Shown here: positions 36,761 to 45,200 of the stretch, piece by piece
Position numbering within the stretch: the stretch's first letter is position 1
Layout of the letters: every line of letters starts with the position of its first letter
Source: Deltaproteobacteria bacterium RIFCSPHIGHO2_02_FULL_44_16
Lineage (GTDB): Bacteria > UBA10199 > 2-02-FULL-44-16
Length of the DNA stretch: 64,000 nt
Direction of reading: 5' to 3'
Assembly: GCA_001798185.1 (NCBI GenBank)
Contig: MGRM01000009.1
Location: 85,745 to 149,744, forward strand
Program-made: the position numbers and the translations under genes
Notes under the pieces: generated by a model
Database searches by the model: none
Told to the model about the DNA's origin: nothing
Seen by the model: only the letters and a program-made list of their open reading frames with translations

Positions 36761-37288
36761 ATGTCACAAACCACGACCTGGAAACTCTTTGAAGAGAATG
36801 CCCTCACCCACAGTGCGGCTCATTATTTGATGACGGTTCATGAACTTATCGAAGAGCAAGGTTATGCGCGCGTGACCGATATTGCCAAAGCGCTCAATAT
36901 TACCCGTGGAAGTTGTTCGATCAGTTTAAAGCCTCTCAAAAAACGTGGCCTCATTCGTGAAGATCAAAATAAATTTCTCTCACTTTCAGAAGAAGGACTT
37001 CGCCTCACAAAGCTGATCGAAAAAAATGATGAACTTCTGGAAACTTTTTTCCGGGATGTGCTGAGTGTAGAAATTGATCAAGCGGAAATCGATGCCTGCA
37101 AAATCGAACATCTTATCAGCATTGAAACAAGCGTGAAACTCGCGCACTTCATTTCTTTTCTCAAAAGCGATCACGAAGCCGTACGCAATTTCATGATGGA
37201 ACTCAAAAAATTTCCGGCGTGCCAAACATTACTTCCTGTCACGCCAAAGAAAGGGACGCAGTCCCGAAGGGGGAAACAATGGAACTAG
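36761..37288 (+). CDS. DtxR/MntR-family metal-dependent transcriptional regulator
   Basis: N-terminal HTH '…AAHYLMTVHELIEEQGYARVTDIAKALNITRGSCSISLKPLKKRGLI…' typical of the DtxR family. Adjacent to feoAB. Confidence 0.7.
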   Translation: MSQTTTWKLFEENALTHSAAHYLMTVHELIEEQGYARVTDIAKALNITRGSCSISLKPLKKRGLIREDQNKFLSLSEEGLRLTKLIEKNDELLETFFRDVLSVEIDQAEIDACKIEHLISIETSVKLAHFISFLKSDHEAVRNFMMELKKFPACQTLLPVTPKKGTQSRRGKQWN

Positions 37289-37515
37289 TTTCACTTGCAA
37301 CGATTCAACCTGGGCAAAAAGGAACCATTAAACAAATTACCGGGGAAGGACTTTTCTTTACGCGACTTCGGGAACTCGGCATGCGCCCTGAAACAGCCAT
37401 CGCCGTTGTCCGTCGCGCTCCTTTCGGCGGCGCTCTTCATGTTCGTCTTGGAGATCAAAATAATATTGCGGTATCGATACAAGAAGCATCCCAGATTTTA
37501 TTAGCCATCATTTAA
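37279..37515 (+). CDS. feoA: Ferrous iron transport protein A
   Basis: ~78 aa SH3-like FeoA ('…LATIQPGQKGTIKQITGEG…GMRPETAIAVVRRAPFGG…'). Sits upstream of feoB. Confidence 0.7.
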   Translation: MELVSLATIQPGQKGTIKQITGEGLFFTRLRELGMRPETAIAVVRRAPFGGALHVRLGDQNNIAVSIQEASQILLAII

Positions 37516-37530
37516 TATTTGTTTGTACCG

Positions 37531-37566
37531 CTCATCCTGAGCCTGTCGAAGGATGAGCAGGATGAA
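37531..37566. repeat. Hairpin element in the feoA-feoB spacer
   Basis: gctcatcctgagcctgtcgaaggatgagcaggatga contains the perfect 8 bp stem gctcatcc/ggatgagc and is followed by a T-rich stretch. Confidence 0.35.
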
Positions 37567-37612
37567 GTTTTTCATGGTTCGACAGGCTCACCATGAGCGA
37601 ATTGTCATAAAG

Positions 37613-39823
37613 ATGAAAACTTTTCTCCTTGTTGGAAATCCTAATACCGGCAAAACCACTCTTTTCAATGCTCTCACCGGTCTTCATCAAAAAGTCGGAA
37701 ACTATGCAGGAGTCACCGTTGAAAAAAAAGAAGGAACGTTTCACGTCAACGATCAAAAAATTCGTCTCATTGATCTTCCTGGCACCTACAGTCTGACACC
37801 GAGTTCTCCTGACGAAGAGATTGTGGTCCAAACTCTATTGGGCCTTTCATCAGAGAAAATGTCCATTGATGGCGTCATTGTCGTTGCTGATGCCACGAAT
37901 CTCGAACGAAATCTTTATCTCACCACACAAGTCATTGATTGCGGTTTTCCGACAATTCTTGCGGTCAACATGATCGACGAAGCCAAGAAAAAGGGACAAT
38001 CCATTGAATTGGAGCTTCTTTCAAAGCGACTCGGAATTCCGGTTTTTTTTACGGCAGCAAATAAAAAAAGGGGTGTTGCTGAACTCAAAACGTATCTTGC
38101 CACAGAGACACTGCGTGCACCCCCTTCCATTTTGACACAACTGCAGCTCTCCTCTTCGGTTCGTTCACACTTAGAACAACTTGAACCGCATCTTGCTCAT
38201 ATCTCTCATTCCAATTCACGACGTGCGGAAGCGCTTCGTCTCCTTTCGCGAGATGACAAACTCGAAACTTATCCGCAGAAGCAAAATCTTTTGAAACTCT
38301 GTTCTACGATTCATTACATGCTCGAAACAGAACATGTTGATTGGAAATCTCTTGAAGCAGATGCGCGTTATCAGTGGATCAACCATGTCTGCAAATCTGC
38401 GTGCTCACGTCTTTTGCAGAAACCAAAGACTTCAATGACAGATCGCATTGATGCCATTGTCACCCATCGCATGGTGGGTCCGCTCTTCTTTTTTCTGATC
38501 GTCGGTATTATCTTCCAGGCTCTTTTTAGTTGGGCTACATTTCCGATGGACTTCATCGATAGTTTCTTTGGAAAAGCGAGCAATGTCATTCATCGGACGC
38601 TTCCCGAAGGACCAATTCGAAGTCTACTGGCTGATGGAGCAGTGGCGGGCATTGGCGGGATTATTATTTTTCTTCCTCAAATCGCGTTTCTTTTTTTCTT
38701 TATCGCGCTTCTTGAAGACTCTGGCTATATGGCACGCGCGGCATTTGTCATGGAACAGTTGATGGCAAAATTTGGTCTTCACGGAAAATCGTTCATCCCG
38801 CTCATCAGTTCTTTTGCATGTGCCATTCCGGGCATTATGGCCACACGAACGATTGAATCGAAACGAGATCGACTCATTACCATTCTCATCGCACCCCTCA
38901 TGAGTTGTAGCGCACGGCTTCCGGTGTATACGCTTCTCATTGCCGCATGCATTCCGTCACTCACGTTTCTTGGCATCTTCAATCTTCAAGGTATTGTCAT
39001 GTGGAGTCTCTATCTTTTAGGCGTTATCGCGGCTATTGCGGTTGCTTTTCTGCTCAAAAAAACAATTCTAAAAACTCCCTCACTCCCCTTTTTCATTGAG
39101 CTTCCTCCTTATCGTCTTCCTCAATTTTCAAATGTCTTTAAAAAAACGTGGGAGCGATCAAAACTTTTTTTGACGAATGCCGGGACGATTATCTTTGCCC
39201 TCTCGATCATCCTTTGGTTTTTGACGAGTTATCCGAAACCGAAAAATCATGTTGCAGAGAATTCATTTCAAAATGGACAAATGATTCGGGTGGCGTCGAC
39301 GTCGGATCCCAGGGGCGCCCCGCGTCAGCGGGGAGGTGGAACGACGGAGACGACAGGACCCGTATCAGAAAATAATTTTGAAATGAATTCTTCTGAGTCA
39401 AAAATCGCGTATAGTTTCGCCGGCCGCATGGGAAAAGCCATTGAACCTCTCATTGAACCGCTCGGTTTTAATTGGAAAATCGGAATCGGTTTGATCGCTT
39501 CTTTTGCAGCACGTGAAGTTTTTATCAGCACGATGGCCATTGTCTATAGTCTCGAAGATACTGACGAAACTTCTGAATCACTGATAAGTGCAATCAGAAA
39601 TGACGTTCATGCAGATGGACGAAAAGTTTTTAATCCGCTTGTGGCCTTAAGTCTTCTCGTTTTTTATGTGCTCGCTTGTCAGTGCATTTCTACTGTTGCG
39701 GTCGTCAAACGCGAAACCAACTCCTGGCGTTGGCCCATTTTTATGGTCGTCTATATGACTCTTCTCGCTTACGGGGCTTCGTTTATCGTCTATCAAGGAG
39801 GAAAATATTTTTTCCCTCTGTAA
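37613..39823 (+). CDS. feoB: Ferrous iron transport protein B
   Basis: G-domain 'LVGNPNTGKTTLFNALTG', 'DLPGTYSL', and a polytopic membrane domain. The ORF track start at 37553 lies within the upstream hairpin. Confidence 0.85.
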   Translation: MKTFLLVGNPNTGKTTLFNALTGLHQKVGNYAGVTVEKKEGTFHVNDQKIRLIDLPGTYSLTPSSPDEEIVVQTLLGLSSEKMSIDGVIVVADATNLERNLYLTTQVIDCGFPTILAVNMIDEAKKKGQSIELELLSKRLGIPVFFTAANKKRGVAELKTYLATETLRAPPSILTQLQLSSSVRSHLEQLEPHLAHISHSNSRRAEALRLLSRDDKLETYPQKQNLLKLCSTIHYMLETEHVDWKSLEADARYQWINHVCKSACSRLLQKPKTSMTDRIDAIVTHRMVGPLFFFLIVGIIFQALFSWATFPMDFIDSFFGKASNVIHRTLPEGPIRSLLADGAVAGIGGIIIFLPQIAFLFFFIALLEDSGYMARAAFVMEQLMAKFGLHGKSFIPLISSFACAIPGIMATRTIESKRDRLITILIAPLMSCSARLPVYTLLIAACIPSLTFLGIFNLQGIVMWSLYLLGVIAAIAVAFLLKKTILKTPSLPFFIELPPYRLPQFSNVFKKTWERSKLFLTNAGTIIFALSIILWFLTSYPKPKNHVAENSFQNGQMIRVASTSDPRGAPRQRGGGTTETTGPVSENNFEMNSSESKIAYSFAGRMGKAIEPLIEPLGFNWKIGIGLIASFAAREVFISTMAIVYSLEDTDETSESLISAIRNDVHADGRKVFNPLVALSLLVFYVLACQCISTVAVVKRETNSWRWPIFMVVYMTLLAYGASFIVYQGGKYFFPL
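39287..39365. repeat. GC-rich palindromic segment embedded in frame in feoB
   Basis: …gtcgacgtcggatcccaggggcgccccgcgtcagcggggaggtggaacgacggagacgac… contains the hairpin ccccgc-gtca-gcgggg. Encodes the hydrophilic stretch STSDPRGAPRQRGGGTTETTGP between membrane segments. Confidence 0.3.
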
Positions 39824-39827
39824 AGCA

Positions 39828-39974
39828 GACCAAACTGATTCACATTTTCTCTCGGGGCACGGACGCTTCGGTTGCGCTCCTCGCGTCCTCTCTTTCAGTC
39901 GGCGCGATTTATCACATCGCATCGACGCGCCTCCCTCAAAGGTCCCCTGCGAGAAAATCTTCACCAGTTTGGTC
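39828..39974 (+). mobile_element. MITE family 2 (~147 bp, terminal inverted repeats GACCAAACTG…CAGTTTGGTC), copy 1
   Basis: gaccaaactgattcacattttctctcggggcacggacgcttcgg…cccctgcgagaaaatcttcaccagtttggtc, immediately after the feoB stop. Confidence 0.7.
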
Positions 39975-39987
39975 TGTGGTTCATAAT

Positions 39988-40116
39988 ATGCAAGATATCA
40001 TCATCTACATCGTCGTCGGACTCACTACACTTTGGCTTCTGAAGCGTTTCTTTGGCAGGCGCCAGAAATCGATGTGCGGGGGAGCATGCAATTGTCCCTT
40101 CAAGTCAAAAAATTGA
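39988..40116 (+). CDS. FeoB-associated Cys-rich small membrane protein (42 aa)
   Basis: MQDIIIYIVVGLTTLWLLKRFFGRRQKSMCGGACNCPFKSKN: one TM helix, then a basic stretch and a CGGxCxC motif, downstream of feoB. The ORF track hides it inside a 146 aa ORF that translates the MITE. Confidence 0.5.
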   Translation: MQDIIIYIVVGLTTLWLLKRFFGRRQKSMCGGACNCPFKSKN

Positions 40117-40208
40117 TGTGTGTCATTTTTTTGACTTCCTCTTTCGCCAAAGAGACTGCTTCCACGCCTTTCTTCTTTATTGAACTCCATTAATCTTTAT
40201 AAAAATCA

Positions 40209-40823
40209 ATGAGTTATGTATTTGCACCGGCGCAAGCCGGCTGGCACAATCTTTGCTTTTTTAGTTCTCTAGCAAGTGGAGACAAGGAGATCTTTATGGG
40301 AAGAAACCAAGAACCGGTTCCAAATTTTGCCGAATCGCTGCGTGCTCTCGTTGCTCCTCTCTGCAAATTGCAACCGAGCAAAATCAACATGGTGCATGTG
40401 CGAGCGAGCTATGGAAATTACAAAATAACTCTCGGCCAAAACACAGAGCAAGATCCTTCCGTTGAAATTGATGGAGAGATTCATCATCTTTTTCTGACCC
40501 CTGGCCGTATTGCTCCAAATCCGACCAATCTTCAGATCGAAAAAAATATGAAAGATACCGTCATTATGCGCGATTTGAGTGTTCATCTTTTGAATCCAGA
40601 TGGACAGGCCGAGGAACAGAATGATGCAGCGGAAAAAGGGAATCACTCTGTTGAAGCACGTGAAATGATTAATCTTGCCGGAGAACGGGGAGAAGAACTC
40701 ATTCAAGAAGCCGTGGCCAGTGGAAAACTTTCAAAAGCAGCGTATGAAATCATTCGGCATGATATTTTGACAGCTCTCACCGATCATCCCGAAGACTCGC
40801 TCGGAGAAGTTTCCGAGTTTTAA
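40209..40823 (+). CDS. Hypothetical protein (possible start at 40296)
   Basis: 204 aa acidic ORF with no recognisable motif. Confidence 0.3.
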   Translation: MSYVFAPAQAGWHNLCFFSSLASGDKEIFMGRNQEPVPNFAESLRALVAPLCKLQPSKINMVHVRASYGNYKITLGQNTEQDPSVEIDGEIHHLFLTPGRIAPNPTNLQIEKNMKDTVIMRDLSVHLLNPDGQAEEQNDAAEKGNHSVEAREMINLAGERGEELIQEAVASGKLSKAAYEIIRHDILTALTDHPEDSLGEVSEF

Positions 40824-40886
40824 TTCGAGGGTTGTTTTTCTTCTCATCTCGATTAAAGAGATACACTCTAAAGGGAGTAACGTAGA

Positions 40887-42236
40887 GTGAAGAAAACCAA
40901 CTATCTCCTCACATCCTTTCTTTTTTTTTCGCTTCTTTTTTCTTCTTTTCCTGCAGCAGCAGCGAAAAACGGTGATGTCATCAACCTTTTCCCGACCAAT
41001 GATAGCGGGCTCTTTTTAAGTATCTATGACAGTCATACCTTTGGTTGGAGAAGTTTTTCCATCAGAACCGTTTGGAATTATGCACCACGTACGCTTGAAC
41101 TCAACAATACATCAGGTCGACGTGTACGAGGTGTGATCGATGATCTGCTCATCACGGATATTGGGGGGGCCATTGGGATTCTCCCCTGGTGGCATATCGG
41201 TTTTAATCAACCTGTCATCCTCTGGCAAACCTATCAAGATCCTTCTCTTCTCACGACAACTGCGCCAAAAGAGAATCGATTTGGGAAACTCGGTGATCCT
41301 CGTCTCGATATGAAATTTCGCTTGCTGGAAAATTATAGAACTCCTCTTGGAATTGCCATCATCCCCTTTGTGTATCTCCCTTATGGTGATGAAGAACATT
41401 TTTTAGGAAATGGAATGTGGTCTCCAGGCGCCACGTTAGCGCTCGACACTTCTTTGAGAAAGCGACTCTTTTTTGCTTTCAACATTACCTATCGAAATTA
41501 CGAAAAATTTCAGTATCGAACTGGCGCCAATTCTTTTATCGATGACACGCTCGGTTTCGGCCTGGGATTCCGTATTCAGATGAGCGAAAAACTCGCACTT
41601 TTAAGCGAACTTTGGGGTGAAAGCGTCATCAGTTCATTTGCAAAAAACAGTTTGCAGAACCCATCGGAATTTTTAGCAGGATTACGCTATGAACCTTCTC
41701 GCAAAAAATCACATCTGGGAATGACGCTCGCTGGCGGAAGATCCATCGTTTCAGGTCTTGGATCTCCTGAATACAGAGTCACCGCTGGCATTGATTATCT
41801 TCACTATGCCAGCGCAAAGAAAGAAAAACAAAAAGAGGCGGAGAAAGAGAAAAAGGAGAAGAGAAGAGAAGAGAAAAAAATAATAGAATTTAAGATTGAT
41901 CAGAAGATTCATTTTTCTTTCGCAAGCGCTTATATCAAAGAAGTCTGGAATCCGGTACTTGAAGAAGTGGCAACATTTCTTCTGAAACATCCTCGACTCA
42001 ATAAAATGATCGTCGAAGGATACACTGATGTACTGGGACCTCAAAAGTACAATCAGCGACTCTCTGAAGAACGAGCGAAAGCAGTGCGGGATGCTCTTAT
42101 TGCACGTGGGGTTGAACCAGATCGTCTTGAAGTTATTGGCTTTGGATCGAGCCAACCTCTCGCTGACAATGCGACCGCAGCAGGAAGAGCGCTCAATCGG
42201 CGTGTTGAATTTTCTCTTCCGGTGCAGCAACCATAG
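40887..42236 (+). CDS. OmpA-family outer membrane protein (N-terminal beta-barrel, K/E-rich linker, C-terminal OmpA domain)
   Basis: Signal peptide; C-terminal 'VEGYTDVLGPQKYNQRLSEERAKAV…NRRVEF' peptidoglycan-binding OmpA domain. GTG start. Confidence 0.7.
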   Translation: MKKTNYLLTSFLFFSLLFSSFPAAAAKNGDVINLFPTNDSGLFLSIYDSHTFGWRSFSIRTVWNYAPRTLELNNTSGRRVRGVIDDLLITDIGGAIGILPWWHIGFNQPVILWQTYQDPSLLTTTAPKENRFGKLGDPRLDMKFRLLENYRTPLGIAIIPFVYLPYGDEEHFLGNGMWSPGATLALDTSLRKRLFFAFNITYRNYEKFQYRTGANSFIDDTLGFGLGFRIQMSEKLALLSELWGESVISSFAKNSLQNPSEFLAGLRYEPSRKKSHLGMTLAGGRSIVSGLGSPEYRVTAGIDYLHYASAKKEKQKEAEKEKKEKRREEKKIIEFKIDQKIHFSFASAYIKEVWNPVLEEVATFLLKHPRLNKMIVEGYTDVLGPQKYNQRLSEERAKAVRDALIARGVEPDRLEVIGFGSSQPLADNATAAGRALNRRVEFSLPVQQP

Positions 42237-42299
42237 TCATCCCCGCGAAAGCAGGGATCTCATGTTTTGACTCGAGATTTCCGCTTTCGCGGGAATGAC
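42236..42299. repeat. Hairpin-pair palindromic repeat element (family 1), copy D, between the convergent OmpA and giant-protein genes
   Basis: gtcatccccgcgaaagcagggatctcatgttttgactcgagatttccgctttcgcgggaatgac followed by TTTTT. Probably acts as a bidirectional terminator. Confidence 0.6.
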
Positions 42300-45200
42300 T
42301 TTTTGATACCCACAAGCAGTATGAGGAAGAAAAGAAGCATCTGCTTCGAAGAAGCTTTAGTTGAAAGCGAACATCCTCCGCCACCATCAAAGGAGAACTC
42401 ATCTCCTGGGTTGGTGTTAATAGAACCATAAAGGTCCACTTTATAAACACTACTCGTCGATTTCGTCGTAAAGATTTCATCAATTCCATCTGAATTTGTA
42501 TCTCTGAGGAAGATACCTGCAAAACATCGATCGCCACTCGACTCACACGGAACTTGGATAATTCCCTTTTCATCATTGACATTCATCGTACTGCTCCACG
42601 TCGTTCCTCCCGGGATGACATAGAGAATTCCAGTATCATTATTATGTGTTGGAGCGCCGATCAGCAGATCAATATAGCCGTCACCTGTCACATCTTTAAA
42701 TGCCAGACTTTGACCAAATCCGTCACTGGCGCTTCCATTACTGATCACCACAGCAGCATCGTCTTCAGAATAGACCGTGCCATCAACGAGAGGACCATTG
42801 ATAATGTAAACAGCTCCGTTCGTTGTTGCCAAAGCAACGTCTTGATTGCCGTCAGCGTTATAATCTCCAACTGCTGTCGTTTGAATATTTGCATCGGGAC
42901 TGAGCGATGCATCGACACCAGTGCTTGAAAGCTGGACTTCTCCGGTTAAACTCGACGCTTCATTCAACGCAAAACTCTTGGAGACGGCTACTTTCACCGT
43001 AAGCGTGCTTCCCACTTGAAGATTTTTCTTAATGCCTGGATTATCCGGACCAACGAGAAAAGCATTGTTGGTCTTGGTAAAAAGATTTTGGACGACGAGA
43101 GAATAAATAGGATTATTGCTGCTTCCAAAAATGAGGCCCGTAAGCACATAGTTCTGGTTGTAGAGATAGATACAACCATTAAATCCGCAACCGGGCGCCG
43201 CAATCGCAATATCAATTTCTCCATCACCGTTGATATCGCCTGTCCCGAGATAGGAAGCAAAACCATCACTTTCATTGCGTTCAAGAATCAAGAAGGGGTC
43301 AGAGCTTGACGCTGAGAGCACTGCTGGCAGCAAATCACTCTCAAATTTGGAAGATGCTTTTGAAACAGACTTTGAAACTGCAAGATCAGCAAGCTCGCTC
43401 AAATCAATCGTCCTTGGAAGATTAGCTAACGTTCCTGTGCTCTCTGTTGCGAGGAAAACCTGCGATCTTCCACTCGGGAATTGAATACCGACCATCATTC
43501 TTCCGGTACTGGTTTCATCAATTGTATAACTTGAATATCCTGAGGGAAGTGTCAGCGTCAGGAATCCGATTTCAAGAAAATGAGCTTCACTTCCTCTTAT
43601 TTGCGTGCGGCGTTCATAGACCGTATATCCTCCAACAGATCCAACCACCATGAGGTTACTCTGGGTCTCTGTTTGAATGCTGACCGCTTCGAGATAACGA
43701 TTCACTGTCACAACCGCATCGTCAGTTGCTGAGGTACTGCCATCAGTCACCGTGAGGCGTAAGGTAAGTGATCGACTGCGAGCGCTTTGTGAAACCGAAA
43801 GCGTTGATGAAGCGGAAGTCGCGCTTCCAAGCGATGCAACTCCGTCAGTATTTCCGCTGATGATCGTCCATGAATAACTGATACTTGAACCTGTTCCACT
43901 TCCACTTAACGTAATCGATTCGCCTGCATTCATGCGTCGATCACTTCCGGCACTCGCTGAAACAAGTGTTGATTCTGTATCGTTATCGGTGATCGTTCCG
44001 GTTCCCTGACTGTCGTTGATCGTGGCATTGGCATTCACGTTGCTCAAGTTGATGACAAAGGTCTCATCGCTTTCGGTCGTGCTATCGTCAGTTGTCGAAA
44101 CGGAAACCGTCTTGCTCGTTTCCAGTGCAGCGAATGTCAGCGTTCCACTATTTGCAGTGTAATCAGAACTTGTTGTGGCAGTTCCATTGGCAGTGGCATA
44201 GTCAACCGTAATTGTTTGCGTGCTGGCACGATTCAACAACACCGTAAATTGAAGAGTGTTGCCCTCTGTTGCAGAGACATCATCGATGGTGATTCTCGGC
44301 TTAGGTCCAGATGTATCATTATTCGTTAATGTGCCAGTCCCCTGGCTATCGCTGATCGTGGCATTGGCATTCACGTTGCTCAAGTTGACGACAAAGGTCT
44401 CATCAATTTCATTGAGACTATCATCAGCTGTCGTTACAGAGATCGTCTTACTGGTTTCCAACGCTGCAAACGTCACTGTTCCACTGGTCGCAGTGTAATC
44501 GGAACTGGAGGAGGCTGTCTCGTTCGCGGTGGCATAGTCAACCGTAATCGTTTGAATGCTGGCATGATTCAATGACACAGTAAATTGAAAGGTATTCCCC
44601 TCTGTTGCAGAAACATTGTCGATGCTGATCGTCGGAATTGAACCACTATCCGTGATCGTACCAGTTCCCTGACTGTCGCTGATCGTGGCATTGGCATTCA
44701 CGTTGCTCAAGTTGATGACAAAGGTCTCATCGCCTTCGGTCGTGCTGTCGCTGGCGGTGGAAACATCGACCGTCTTCGTGGTCTGCCCTGCTGTGAATGT
44801 CAATGTCCCGCTTGTCGCAGTGTAATCAGAATCTGCAGTCGTCGCTGTCCCATTGGCGGTGGCATAGTCGACGGTGATCGTCTGAGAACTTGCGTTGCTC
44901 AACGAGACCGTAAATTGAATACTACTCCCCTCCACCGCAGAAACATCGTTGACGCTGATGCCTGGAGTACTATCGTCATCGGTAATCGTCACCGTATGTA
45001 GGGTCGGACTAATCGCAACAGCATTGGTGGGAGTTCCCATTGTCAGAATGACGGTTTCATCACTCTCATCGATCGTATCTGCTGTTACGGTAAAAGTTGT
45101 AGTCCCGGTAGAAACATTATCCGCACTCAAAATTGTAATATTGCCATCGGCGAGATTATGGTCTGTTCCGCTCGCCGTTGCACTTCCACTGACCGTGAAC

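Noticed and set aside
39676-40116. 146 aa ORF ('…HFYGRLYDSSRLRGFVYRLSRRKIF…') and the similar ORF 56019-56219 ('…[25 protein letters not shown]…')
   Set aside because: These are translations of the ~147 bp MITE copies. The same peptide appears wherever the element occurs, including as false N-terminal extensions of aspS, gatC and gatB. Only the last 42 codons of 39676-40116 look like a real gene.
43990-45000. Regularly spaced ~330 bp repeats that could be mistaken for a repeat array or CRISPR
   Set aside because: The period is far too long and the repeats are in-frame coding sequence (Calx-beta units) of the 1476 aa surface protein. No short repeat-spacer structure was seen anywhere in the window.
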